Both the position numbers and the translations under genes were made by a program. From Candidatus Liminaster caballi (lineage in GTDB: Bacteria > Bacteroidota > Bacteroidia > Bacteroidales > UBA3663), in NCBI GenBank assembly GCA_018065085.1, contig JAGHUA010000031.1, forward strand, positions 2,288 through 66,287: 64,000 bases of DNA. The letters are read 5' to 3'. Under the pieces are notes generated by a model, which was not told the origin of the DNA, searched no databases, and saw only the letters and a program-made list of their open reading frames with translations. Every line of letters starts with the position of its first letter. The first letter of the stretch is position 1. This document shows positions 1-9,611 of this stretch, piece after piece.

Positions 1-78
1 AAATTCAATATTTCAGGCAACTTTTTTTGAATCTATCGACATTTTTTTTGCTAACATACTATACAGACTGGTAGGTCA

Positions 79-975
79 TCAATCTTGGGAATTCTTGTTA
101 CCAAATGGAGAGTCCACAAAAGCATCGGGATCGACTCTCGTTCCTTCCGGTATCTGTATGTCCTCTATGGCTGTATCTTCAAATGCACATACACCTATAC
201 TATTTACTTTGCCTGCAAACTCAACAATGGAAAGTTGCCTGCAACTAGCAAATGCATAATCTTCTATAACGTCTATATCCCCGGCAAAGTGAATGGCTTT
301 TAGCGTTGGGAGGCAAACAGCAAAATCAAATATGCTCTTTATGCTGGCGGGAAAGAACACCTCTTCAAGTTCCTCAGGATCAACAGTATCACTTCCATAC
401 TGTGGATCTGCAAACACATCTCCAAAACTGGTTACCTGATAGGTCGTGCCATTGTATTCTATCTGTTCAGGTACCCTCAACACTTTACCCTTGATGCAGT
501 TATCACAATTGAGTATGGCTGTCCCATCCTTTCCCAAAACATAATTCAGACCATCCACATTCGTCAGTTTAATGCGTGGCACGAAATAACGTTCCTCCTT
601 ATCGTTTGTGTCGCCGGCAGGAGCCTGGTAGAATATCTTGACAGACGAATATGCCCCCTCAATCATCTCGCGCACCTTGGGATTCTCCCAATGCTTGCTT
701 TTGAGAAGCCAGCGCAGGTATTCCTCGCCGTCGTCCGTCAATTTCCATTCAAGGGCATTGCTGTCATAGTACCAATACCCTCCAAGGTCAGCGTAGGTCA
801 GTTCGCTGCCAATGAGACGCGCAAAGTGTTCGATGTCACATGGCTCCCAATCAGAACCTTCTGCCTTCTGTTTTTCGCGAGCTGTCTGTTCTACTTGGTT
901 TATCTTACTCTCGATATCCAAGAGTTCTTCTTTACTGCCAGTCAAGGCATAATATACAGGAATCCAATTTGCCAT
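79..975 (-). CDS. Leucine-rich-repeat (BspA/LRR_5-like) protein, 298 aa
   Basis: ATG at 975. The C-terminal half shows BspA-type LRR periodicity (FPASIKSIFDFAVCLPTLKAIHFAGDIDVIEDYAFASCRQLSIVEFAGKVNSIGVCAFEDTAIEDIQIP). The N-terminal ~150 aa is a separate, unassigned domain. It is the last gene of the paralog-A string, 32 nt after the previous ORF. Confidence 0.6.
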   Translation of the reverse strand: MANWIPVYYALTGSKEELLDIESKINQVEQTAREKQKAEGSDWEPCDIEHFARLIGSELTYADLGGYWYYDSNALEWKLTDDGEEYLRWLLKSKHWENPKVREMIEGAYSSVKIFYQAPAGDTNDKEERYFVPRIKLTNVDGLNYVLGKDGTAILNCDNCIKGKVLRVPEQIEYNGTTYQVTSFGDVFADPQYGSDTVDPEELEEVFFPASIKSIFDFAVCLPTLKAIHFAGDIDVIEDYAFASCRQLSIVEFAGKVNSIGVCAFEDTAIEDIQIPEGTRVDPDAFVDSPFGNKNSQD

Positions 976-1007
976 ACTAAATATATGTTCTAGGAGTGTT
1001 TTATAAT

Positions 1008-1415
1008 TTATTTCTCTTTAATGACCCGGTGCGTGATGGTGACATTACCATCAGCATCGGCTGCGTGCTCGGTCAGGATGTCGGCGCTGTCGAGGTTGTT
1101 TGCTTTGCGGTGTTCAACGTCACGCATAATGGCGTCTTTGATGATTTTCTGTTCTTCGGGAGGCAGTTCAGACAAGCGACGGCCCTGAGGCAGAAGATTT
1201 GTGGCAGGGATACGCACGCCTTCGTAGATGAAATACTCATACGCCCCTTTCTCATCAGCAGTTAAGGTGGTGGTGATGGTGAACACATCTTTACCACTTT
1301 GGCGGATTCGTGCAACTTTCAGTTCTTTACCATTGCGCTCAAGAATCTGGAGCAGGATACATTTCTCACTTGGATAATACATTCGACCGATCTGGAATTT
1401 CGTGATTGTCTGCAT
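1008..1415 (-). CDS. Hypothetical protein, 135 aa
   Basis: ATG at 1415, 58 nt downstream of the paralog-A stop and on the same strand. No recognisable motif. Confidence 0.45.
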   Translation of the reverse strand: MQTITKFQIGRMYYPSEKCILLQILERNGKELKVARIRQSGKDVFTITTTLTADEKGAYEYFIYEGVRIPATNLLPQGRRLSELPPEEQKIIKDAIMRDVEHRKANNLDSADILTEHAADADGNVTITHRVIKEK

Positions 1416-1473
1416 AAGCTATTTTATTTATTGATTGTACAGTAATTTGCCATAATATATAGTGCATGTCATG

Positions 1474-3378
1474 TTAGTATAATTCAGAACTAATCTTCTT
1501 AACAGAGAATATCAACGCCTGATGGCTCTTGATAAACATCTGAAGGAGCTGAATGTCTGGATTCTGATCATCCACGAGCTCTATGCTGGCCAATGCAAGC
1601 ATGTTGTTGAGGTTAATCAGATTTGCTCGGTCAAAAGCTTTACGGTAGTAGAAATCTGTGCCGTCGATCCTTATATATTCATTAGTTCTTGCACTCTTAA
1701 ACGTCACAGATTCGTCTGCACTAGGGCATAATACGCAACCATTCTTCACACCACATGCATGCAGTTCGCGGAAGAGTTCTGTCGAAAGAGGCTTAATCTC
1801 ATAGTCCTTGCCGAGGATATCATTGATTACACTTAACTTATCCACTTCAATTTCCTTACGGATGTACAGCGATTCCACTTTTGATGGCTGGTAAGTCTTC
1901 GCATCGTCACAGTCTGTTGTGAAACATGGCTTAACAGCACCCTTTCTGGCATATACAGGAGCAAACATATCTACAATGTCCACAAAGCCATCATGCTCAT
2001 TGATATAATCAGACACTGCAGCATCAAGTGCATTCGAGATTTTTCTGTATGCCTTACCGCGATACTCGCAAAGATTTGTATCAAAGTAATGTAAGAACAA
2101 GTTATCTTGACATGGTTCAGGAGACCACACGAGGAAAGGCGTAGAACCATTCTGATGGCCTACCACCTTGCAGTCATCAATTTGTCGCAGGATTTCGTCT
2201 TCCAGCTTAATCAATGGCAGGAAGCGTTGCTTCATGACGTAGCAGATTAAATCATGATCAGTCAGCAGATGATGCTTATATCTGATATTCAGTTTGTCCA
2301 AATCTAAAAATGGAGTAGCAATACATTTCGGGTGGATTTCTCCTGTAGTGCGGAAAAGGCTCTCTCCATTTTGCAATGCCAAAGCATGCTCATAGATGAA
2401 CTTATTAACCGGATTCTCAAGGAATCTCCCGATCAGCTGGCGCTCATAACGGCTTGTAGCCATAATGTTGAGCGATGCCGAAGCAGCGTCTTCTCCATCA
2501 GGCATGGCAGGAAGCTCAAGGCAACTGACATAATCATCAAGCTGTGCCTTTTCTTGTGACGTATATTTGCCGATACGCAGTGGTTCAATGATAGTATCAA
2601 GAATATCCTGATAACAGATAGAGACATAGTGCGGGCACGAAGGTTTCTCGCATTCGTCGAGTTCATTATAGCGATTGATGCGCACAAGAGGCAGAGGCGA
2701 GAGATACACAAAAATCTGGAATGGTCGCTTACCTCCACCATTATAGCATTCATCGTAATAAATGTCTGTCTGGCAACTGTGTTCCTTACTCTGCACCTTA
2801 TTCTCAATAAACACCTCGATGCAGTCTCTGCCCAGAATCTTTTCCCTCAACTCCAGACGAAGATAAACGTCTATGCGTTTGTCCTTGTTGGCGGCATCCT
2901 TCAGTTGCTGGTTATTGAAACCATACTTTGTCAGGTATTTTTCAATCGTCAGTTCACATTCTCCGATGGCCTTATCAAGCGTGATGTTCCTTGTGAGAAT
3001 GGCCTTGCGCAGTTCCTCATTAATCTCATTCCGCTTATCTTGATTCTCAGCTCTGGTCAGAATGATGTCGAGCAAGTGAATGGCAGTGTTCTCTTTTTTC
3101 TTTTCGTCGAACCAATTGCCAGCAATGAGGTCTTTCAAGAATGCGCTGTGCACACCCTCGTTGCGAGCCTTACCGATGACGTCAAATGTGTTGCGGGCTG
3201 CCAGATATTCTTCTAACTCCGCATGTTCCTGCACAAATCCGTTGTACAGGGTTATAAGCTGCTCCATAGAAAGTGTGCTCAAAGCGCCCACTCTGTCCAT
3301 AGCTATAAGATGGAAACCACTACCTAAGTAGTCCTGAAAAATGCTGTTAGTGTTCATGTGTTTATTTGGTTTAATCAT
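1474..3378 (-). CDS. PD-(D/E)xK nuclease-family protein (PDDEXK_4-like), paralog A, 634 aa
   Basis: It has the N-terminal block FDVIGKARNEGVHSAFLKDLI and the D..ExK core RIDVYLRL...IEVFIENKVQSKEH. Its long C-terminal extension shares blocks with paralog B (DYVSCLELPAMPD, TPFLVWSP, DFYYR). The start is ATG 3378 or M8 at 3357; the relic copy at 9057 begins at the M8 equivalent. Confidence 0.75.
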   Translation of the reverse strand: MIKPNKHMNTNSIFQDYLGSGFHLIAMDRVGALSTLSMEQLITLYNGFVQEHAELEEYLAARNTFDVIGKARNEGVHSAFLKDLIAGNWFDEKKKENTAIHLLDIILTRAENQDKRNEINEELRKAILTRNITLDKAIGECELTIEKYLTKYGFNNQQLKDAANKDKRIDVYLRLELREKILGRDCIEVFIENKVQSKEHSCQTDIYYDECYNGGGKRPFQIFVYLSPLPLVRINRYNELDECEKPSCPHYVSICYQDILDTIIEPLRIGKYTSQEKAQLDDYVSCLELPAMPDGEDAASASLNIMATSRYERQLIGRFLENPVNKFIYEHALALQNGESLFRTTGEIHPKCIATPFLDLDKLNIRYKHHLLTDHDLICYVMKQRFLPLIKLEDEILRQIDDCKVVGHQNGSTPFLVWSPEPCQDNLFLHYFDTNLCEYRGKAYRKISNALDAAVSDYINEHDGFVDIVDMFAPVYARKGAVKPCFTTDCDDAKTYQPSKVESLYIRKEIEVDKLSVINDILGKDYEIKPLSTELFRELHACGVKNGCVLCPSADESVTFKSARTNEYIRIDGTDFYYRKAFDRANLINLNNMLALASIELVDDQNPDIQLLQMFIKSHQALIFSVKKISSELY

Positions 3379-3429
3379 TGCACATAATGCCAGTTTGAAT
3401 GCCGGGAACGCGTAGATATTGGGAGATAT

Positions 3430-4599
3430 TTAACTGTCAATGTCAAATGTTTCGACATCTTCAGGAGAAAAATCGCAGTATTTAGGAAATACCGTATAGA
3501 ACTTATCAAAATACTCACAGAAGAAATCGGCTATATCCCTGATATTGCCATTGGATGCATCGGTGTAGCGCAAGCTCTTCAAAAAGCTGATATTTGTGGT
3601 GTACTTGCCATCCTTACGATTCCAACGTAACTGGCAACCCAGTTCATCTTCTATCTGCTCCTTGTTCTTCCAGAGTGTGTCATAGTTCTCTAAGTTCTTC
3701 TGTGCACTGCTTCTGTCTCCCCAACCGACAAGTTCCACTCGGCATGTCGCTTGTGTAACAACACATTGCAATGTGGCATTAGCTATGAGTTTGGCAGAAT
3801 TCATATTCAGATAGACTGCCTTGCCCTTCTGTGGCTTCACCAACTTTCGGAATTGACTTTCGTAGTCGCTGACGCGCAAAATCTTGTTCCAAAAATCGAG
3901 CATGCTGTCATCGTTACCCTTTGGTTCATTACCGAATGGCAGCGGTTCCTTCTCCTCTGGTATCAGATAGCTACAGTACGAAAGATCCTTGAACACCTCA
4001 ACAATCAGATCAATGATATTAGCAGCAAACTCCTCTTTGTCTGCATTTAGGTTCAGGTCTCGTTGGCTTTTCTGCACATTCTTTCCTGCTATTGCATTCT
4101 GGCAGTATTGATTGTCTGCCTTGATCCTGTCTATCAACTCAGACTCCAGATATGCCATGAAGTCGCTTGTCCAGTTAGCCATCGTGGCCGGATTATCATT
4201 ATTCGGCACAAACAGCATCTGATAATCGAACCCGATCTTGCTTTCATCTTCTATCTGTCCAAGAATTATGTCACCATTCACTGATTTGCCCGCGCAGATA
4301 AAGTCATGCCCCCAGAGCAGATACACACAGTTGAATATTTGTTGCAGCTGTTTCTGGCTTCTGACATATTCGCTCCAACACCAGGCCTCTTCGGCAGGTA
4401 TGATATACACATCAAATGGCATGCATATCTGAGTTTGGAGAATCACCTTGGTTCTTTCATCAATAAGACGAGATTGGAAGGAGTCAACCTCTCGCTGGGT
4501 CACAATGTTGTCCCATGTAATCTTTTTCACACCATATCCAGCGACACGTTCCACTTTGTACGGAGCGAATTCGCGATAGTTTACTGCTGTATATGCCAT
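3430..4599 (-). CDS. Hypothetical protein with DUF4268-like C-terminal domain, 389 aa
   Basis: ATG at 4599. The C-terminal segment LVGWGDRSS...LWKNKEQIEDELGCQLRWNRKDGKYTTNISF resembles DUF4268. It lies 50 nt upstream of paralog A and has a promoter box of its own upstream. Confidence 0.55.
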   Translation of the reverse strand: MAYTAVNYREFAPYKVERVAGYGVKKITWDNIVTQREVDSFQSRLIDERTKVILQTQICMPFDVYIIPAEEAWCWSEYVRSQKQLQQIFNCVYLLWGHDFICAGKSVNGDIILGQIEDESKIGFDYQMLFVPNNDNPATMANWTSDFMAYLESELIDRIKADNQYCQNAIAGKNVQKSQRDLNLNADKEEFAANIIDLIVEVFKDLSYCSYLIPEEKEPLPFGNEPKGNDDSMLDFWNKILRVSDYESQFRKLVKPQKGKAVYLNMNSAKLIANATLQCVVTQATCRVELVGWGDRSSAQKNLENYDTLWKNKEQIEDELGCQLRWNRKDGKYTTNISFLKSLRYTDASNGNIRDIADFFCEYFDKFYTVFPKYCDFSPEDVETFDIDS

Positions 4600-4633
4600 T
4601 CAATATAAGGATTAAATTATTATTTTACGGATG

Positions 4634-4641
4634 CAAAGGTA
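4634..4641 (-). promoter_or_regulatory. Bacteroidetes -7 box TACCTTTG (minus strand)
   Basis: Plus-strand caaaggta is the reverse complement of TACCTTTG, which matches TAnnTTTG. It sits ~35 nt upstream of the ATG at 4599, inside a 170-nt AT-rich gap. Confidence 0.4.
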
Positions 4642-4768
4642 CGAACTTTTTTTCAGACACAAAGGTTTTGGCAACCCTTGCCATGCCTTTTCCTTCGTGT
4701 ATATTTTAAATAAATCAAAGATTTCAATATATCATATCGGTTAATCGAAAAGAAAGATATTGTTGTTC

Positions 4769-6718
4769 TTATTTTTTATGTTTCTTCTGTTGTAAGGCTT
4801 TGATTTTTTTAGACTCACTCTCAGCAGAGTATTCATCTTCATCAGCAAGATAAGCATCACGTGACTGCTCATAATACTTCAGTGCTTCGTCGTAGCGACC
4901 TAAACCTTCGTATGCCGTTGCCAAAGTGTCCAGATTGGCACCGTTGGAATCTAATTCAACAGCTTTCAAAGCAGGGTCTACTGCTTTATCGTATTGTCCT
5001 GTCATGCAATAACTCCACGCATAGTTATTAAAGTCTGAGGCTCCGTTTAGCGCTTCTATACCTCCAGCCTTATCGTAGAGTTCAATGCACTTTTCATAAT
5101 CTTCTCTATCAATAGCAACGTTTGCAGCTTTTATCATTTCTTTCTTCTTTCTTTCTGCTATAATCTCCCATACAATTGTCTTCGCCTTATCCGGTGAAGG
5201 CTCAATGCCCATCTTGCGCATCAGATCAAAGATGTCAGATGCGTTATTCTTATAGCATTCAAGCGCTTTGACATAGTCATGCTCAACACCAAGACCATCA
5301 AACAGGATCTCGCCATATTTATCTTTATTCCGCCAAACTCCCTTACTCCACCAACGTGCAGCCTCAGCATGCTCTTGCTTGTCGTATGCCAGACGTCCTA
5401 ATTTATCATAGACTCTATCAACGCCAGCGTCAGCTGCCTTGAGCAGATATTCATACATCTCTTCATCGTCAAGCTCTTCGTCTATGATACGCTCTAAGGC
5501 ATCCTTATATCCAGCATCAGCAGAACGCTTCAGCCACAACATCTCGTTTTCATCATCGGAAGGAGTGCGTATTTCTTCGTCTATGTTGTGGTATTTACGG
5601 TAAAGTTCATATTGGGCTTCTGCATGACCATTCTCTGCTGCTTTTATGAGCCAAGGCAAAGAAGCAGATTCGTCGTCTAAATCTAGTTTTTTATAATACA
5701 TGAACTGAGCATCCTTATGACCAGTCTCAGCTGCAATCCTTAGATATTCTGTATTCTCCGTCTCTATATATGCGAAAAGAGTATCTTCAACGTCCATTCC
5801 CCCTGTTACGGAAGCTTCAGGCTGATCCTTATAGTCCTGACCAACAAAGTAACTATCCTTAACCTCTTTACATCCAAAGCCAATGATATACTTACCCAGA
5901 AGTTCCTTCTCGATCTTGTATGCGAAGAGAAGCGTCTTACCGCTGTAGCTCAATTTGCCTCCGATTCTACAGCCTTTGCTAATGGAAATGCAAGGAGTCA
6001 CTTCGTTGTATATCTGTCTGAATAAATTATCGATGGCGGCTTCACTGTCAGCAGGTCGTGCATCTGCAAGCATCTGTTCCAAGTCAATACCACAATCTCC
6101 TCGGTCAATATTAAATGTATATCTTTTCTCTACCTCTTTGATGTCGCACTCTATTTCTTCATGTTCACACCATTCCGTTATTCCGACGATACTGCAGATG
6201 CTATCAGGAATTGAGAGTTTGTTCTTGAAGACATTAATGACATCCTGCTCATTCATAAAGTAGTCATCTACACCCGCTGTGCACACTTTGTCACAATTCA
6301 CATGATACTTCTCTGGAAAATGTCCTTCGGAACCTGTAGTCCAACAGTTAGCTCTGTCATAATATCGTGTTTGATCTACACGAATACTGTTATTCAAGAA
6401 CTTAATGATTTGATTGAGATTTGCATTGTCCGAATAGTTGGTGTTTTCCTTGACTAACATCACAGGATGCAAGAGCCCATCTTCTGTAGTAATCACCACC
6501 ATCCCTTTCACAACGGAATAAGTAGTATTCCAATCAATCTCACTATCGCTGCGCACCAAGAAAGAATTTATTCCCTCCATCATTCCGAGCTCAGTGAACA
6601 ATGCGTTCATGAAGTTTTCATTTTCATTCTCACTCTTTTGTTGTGCTATCTGAATAGCAGATTCCAAACGAGACAAATTGTCTCTTTCTCCTATCAGGAG
6701 ATACTCTATTGTTGCCAT
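4769..6718 (-). CDS. Sel1-repeat / TPR protein, 649 aa
   Basis: Sel1-like repeats are present (AAETGHKDAQFMYYKKL, AAENGHAEAQYELYRKY, SADAGYKDALERI, AADAGVDRVYDKLGRLAY), followed by a TPR-like C-terminus (LATAYEGLGRYDEALKYYEQS). The N-terminal ~330 aa is unassigned. It lies 32 nt downstream of paralog B. Confidence 0.7.
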   Translation of the reverse strand: MATIEYLLIGERDNLSRLESAIQIAQQKSENENENFMNALFTELGMMEGINSFLVRSDSEIDWNTTYSVVKGMVVITTEDGLLHPVMLVKENTNYSDNANLNQIIKFLNNSIRVDQTRYYDRANCWTTGSEGHFPEKYHVNCDKVCTAGVDDYFMNEQDVINVFKNKLSIPDSICSIVGITEWCEHEEIECDIKEVEKRYTFNIDRGDCGIDLEQMLADARPADSEAAIDNLFRQIYNEVTPCISISKGCRIGGKLSYSGKTLLFAYKIEKELLGKYIIGFGCKEVKDSYFVGQDYKDQPEASVTGGMDVEDTLFAYIETENTEYLRIAAETGHKDAQFMYYKKLDLDDESASLPWLIKAAENGHAEAQYELYRKYHNIDEEIRTPSDDENEMLWLKRSADAGYKDALERIIDEELDDEEMYEYLLKAADAGVDRVYDKLGRLAYDKQEHAEAARWWSKGVWRNKDKYGEILFDGLGVEHDYVKALECYKNNASDIFDLMRKMGIEPSPDKAKTIVWEIIAERKKKEMIKAANVAIDREDYEKCIELYDKAGGIEALNGASDFNNYAWSYCMTGQYDKAVDPALKAVELDSNGANLDTLATAYEGLGRYDEALKYYEQSRDAYLADEDEYSAESESKKIKALQQKKHKK

Positions 6719-6750
6719 ATAATTTATAAATATTGTTTGTGTTCGTGTGT

Positions 6751-8460
6751 TTATTTGTATTTCAATAACTTCTTTAGTACCCCTTGCTGCGCCTCATATC
6801 GGCTGGCATTCTGTTCATTATCTGCTTTGATTTTGTGAACAGAAAGGATTAAGCCTCGGTGACTGTCGTAGAACTTCTTCAAAAGATTCCTGTCGTCTTG
6901 AGAAAAAGTAATCTTTTCAATTTTCTTCTCTTTGAGGCATTTGTTTATTACATCTATTTTATCTTTCGAATCATGTCGATAATAGAAGTTTGTGCCTGGA
7001 ATGCGACTATACAAATCAGGATTGAAGTCCAGCAAGAAATACTTAAGTGTAGCAATGTCAGACATCAGCAAATTATGAAATGCTTCATGGCTTACATGAC
7101 ATATAGCTATCTCGGTTATACTTGCAATGGTGCAGTCCGTACCCACATCCTTTCTGATAAAGAAATCTCCTTGAATAAGTTCGTATCCATCCATAGGATC
7201 ACTCAAGAGCAAAGGCTTGCCATTGTTTCGTTTGCCGTTTCGTTTGCCATATTCAGAATTAAAGTCTGATATCACTTCCGATGGATATCTTTTTCCAATT
7301 CTCTCTGAATACGATATTATAGCATGTGCTGCGGCCTCGTAAAATTTAGAATATACTTCACCTTCTGTTTCCCAAAGGTCAAATGGCACATACTGCTTAC
7401 CATTAGGCGACCATACCACAAATGGTGTGCCGCCTTTTGTACGGGCGAAGACGTCATAAGTGCCAACCATCACACCAAGCTCTGTTTTCTCGTTCACATA
7501 GTCGGCCAATGCCAGTGGCAGTGCTTCCTCGAAAGTCAATCCTGCCTTCTCTTTGTATGTGTAAGATGGTATTCCACAAACAGATGATGTGGCCAACTGT
7601 ATGAGCTGGCGGTTGTTCTCTGTCGAGAGGAAGTTATTTATCAGACGTCGTTCATGAGCGCTTGTAGCCATAATGCTCATGTCAAATTTGTCTTGAACTC
7701 CATCCTTATTTGTATCAGGCAGAGCTGGCAGCTCAAGGCAGCTGACATAGTCGTTCAGGATGACTCGCTCTCTGTCTGACAATTCATTCCCAGCAAGAAG
7801 CGGTTCGATGACTCCATCAAGAATATCCTGATAACTGATGCAGACGAATTTATCACAAGTAGGTTTCTCCTTGGCATTACTAAAATCATCAAGGGTTCTC
7901 GCAGACATTGGCGACAGGTACAAAAAGAATTGATACTTGCCGGTCCCTTTCCCTGCCTTCAATGTCTTGTAATAAGTTTCCGTCTGGCTGTCATGCTCCT
8001 GACTTTGCACTTTATTCTCTATGATAATCTCTATCTCGCTACGACCGCTCTTGACGATGGTGTCCTTCAGTCTGTATCGCAAGTAGATATCAACACGTTC
8101 CTTGCCCCTATATGACTTATTAAGTTTAGACAGTGGCACTTCTGTCTTACACTCTTCAAGTTGCAAGTCCGGAAGGTCACGAGTCAATATAGCAGCCTTC
8201 AAATCCTCTGGAAATTTTTTTGCCTGCTGCCAACTGCGCTCAATGATGATGTCAAGCAAATGAACAATAGGCGATTCCCGACAATCAGAAGCATTATAAG
8301 CCGACAGCAAGTGTGCTATCATCTTGCTATGCGACATTTCATTACGTGCCTTGCCTATCGTATCGAAGATATTCGGACGACTTAAATATTCCAGAACCAG
8401 TGCATTCTCTTGCATATTGCCGTTGAATGCTGCTAACATAGTTTTTAAATTCATGTTCAT
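6751..8460 (-). CDS. PD-(D/E)xK nuclease-family protein (PDDEXK_4-like), paralog B, 569 aa
   Basis: It has NIFDTIGKARNEMSHSKMIAHLL and the core RVDIYLRYRL...EIEIIIENKVQSQEH. Blocks shared with paralog A: CISYQDILD, NDYVSCLELPALPD, IMATS..ER.LI, TPFVVWSP, NFYYR, LILSVHKI. Confidence 0.75.
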   Translation of the reverse strand: MNMNLKTMLAAFNGNMQENALVLEYLSRPNIFDTIGKARNEMSHSKMIAHLLSAYNASDCRESPIVHLLDIIIERSWQQAKKFPEDLKAAILTRDLPDLQLEECKTEVPLSKLNKSYRGKERVDIYLRYRLKDTIVKSGRSEIEIIIENKVQSQEHDSQTETYYKTLKAGKGTGKYQFFLYLSPMSARTLDDFSNAKEKPTCDKFVCISYQDILDGVIEPLLAGNELSDRERVILNDYVSCLELPALPDTNKDGVQDKFDMSIMATSAHERRLINNFLSTENNRQLIQLATSSVCGIPSYTYKEKAGLTFEEALPLALADYVNEKTELGVMVGTYDVFARTKGGTPFVVWSPNGKQYVPFDLWETEGEVYSKFYEAAAHAIISYSERIGKRYPSEVISDFNSEYGKRNGKRNNGKPLLLSDPMDGYELIQGDFFIRKDVGTDCTIASITEIAICHVSHEAFHNLLMSDIATLKYFLLDFNPDLYSRIPGTNFYYRHDSKDKIDVINKCLKEKKIEKITFSQDDRNLLKKFYDSHRGLILSVHKIKADNEQNASRYEAQQGVLKKLLKYK

Positions 8461-8506
8461 ATTTGGTTATAGGAATTTGATTATGCTGTTAATTCGCTCA
8501 CGCGTA

Positions 8507-8548
8507 TATATAATATGGTATCTTTCTCGTAAAAATTCAAAGATTCTG
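8507..8548 (-). repeat. Diverged third copy of the promoter/leader cassette
   Basis: tataatatggtatctttctcgtaaaaattcaaagattc aligns with tataatatagtatgatttctcaaaaaattcaaagaattg from the 65-bp cassettes at 11368 and 12018. It lies upstream of paralog B and overlaps the stop of ORF 8537-9013. Confidence 0.55.
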
Positions 8549-9013
8549 GCTGTAATCTCGCCAATACTCGTGAACATGGTGATTGCGGCTATAGATTCGG
8601 AGGACATTAAAAACCTGGTTCTCTTCCAGATCTTCATGACACACATCTTCAACAAACATTTCATAGCGCACATCAGCCAAATCGGTTGTAATAACTGCTT
8701 TAGCTGTACCATATTGCACCGTAGCATCCACAACACGCTCCTCTTTGCCCCAATGACGATAACGTGCTGCAGTCCGTACAATGAATGTAACCTTGTCGCC
8801 ATCAACACTCTTTACGTATGCTTCGATAAACTTCGGATCACCTGCCGAGATCCACATTCCGTCTTCCTTTCTTAACTTCTTCGGCATTAATAGTCCAATA
8901 TAGCGACCCCCAACGATAAATTCCGAGTACGTCTCATTAATCCATTGGCTGGCCTCAAGCTTTTCTTCGGGACTCATTCTATCCCAATTCTCTATGATTT
9001 CCTTTACTGTCAT
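8537..9013 (-). CDS. Hypothetical protein, 158 aa
   Basis: ATG at 9013. No recognisable motif. It sits immediately downstream of the relic PD-(D/E)xK 5' end. Confidence 0.45.
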   Translation of the reverse strand: MTVKEIIENWDRMSPEEKLEASQWINETYSEFIVGGRYIGLLMPKKLRKEDGMWISAGDPKFIEAYVKSVDGDKVTFIVRTAARYRHWGKEERVVDATVQYGTAKAVITTDLADVRYEMFVEDVCHEDLEENQVFNVLRIYSRNHHVHEYWRDYSQNL

Positions 9014-9018
9014 ATATG

Positions 9019-9064
9019 TTATCCTAAGTAGCCCTGAAAAATGTTGTTTGTGTTCATGTGTTTA
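9019..9064 (-). pseudogene. Relic 5' end (leader plus 12 codons) of a PD-(D/E)xK paralog
   Basis: Positions 9023-9064 match 3323-3364 (the 5' end of paralog A) at 39 of 42 positions. The relic reads MNTNNIFQGYLG then TAA, against MNTNSIFQDYLGSG in paralog A. Confidence 0.65.
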
Positions 9065-9121
9065 ATTCTATCTGAGGCTTCCCTTGGTCAAGCCTCTACG
9101 ATACGGATATCAGCGAAGACA

Positions 9122-9499
9122 TCATCCATACTGAATACGGTTCCTCCGTCTGGATTCAGCTGATGGCTTGGCAGTACCTTCAGGAGCAAGGTAAATCTCG
9201 ATAGGCAGACACTTCGCCCCAGACAAGTTCTTACGCTGGCAGAATGTATCCATAGCCTCATGATAGGCCTTGGTCTGATCGCCATTCTCTGAAGCATACA
9301 CCTTATTCTCAACGATGACAGGCACGACAAGTTTCTCTTCACCCACAGCAATGGAAACATTCATCCAGATATCAATTCTTCGCAGTTCCTTGCCATTTGT
9401 AATATCCCGCACGACCTTCTCTGTGGTGCATTCATCCACACTCTGATAAAGAGGATCCTTAAAAAGATCCATAATTGCTTTCTTGTATTCGAAATTCAT
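9122..9499 (-). pseudogene. Truncated PD-(D/E)xK fragment (paralog C), 125 codons
   Basis: The D..ExK core is kept (RIDIWMNV...VPVIVENKVYASENGDQTKAY) and the sequence continues to IEIYLAPEG (compare YLSP in A and B). The ORF then stops where the paralogs continue for more than 300 aa. Confidence 0.55.
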
Positions 9500-9533
9500 T
9501 GTCTTATTTCGGATAATTAAAAGTAAGTATACT

Positions 9534-9611
9534 CAAGTTTCGCAAGTTCCTCTTGATTCGGAAGTTAAAGAATTTAAGGAAGTTAAAAGAGTTAAAGACT
9601 TGCGAAACTTG
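9534..9611. repeat. 14-bp perfect inverted repeat enclosing three GAAGTTAAAG-like direct repeats
   Basis: CAAGTTTCGCAAGT (9534-9547) pairs with ACTTGCGAAACTTG (9598-9611). The 50-nt interior contains ggaagttaaag, ggaagttaaaag and agttaaag. Confidence 0.7.
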
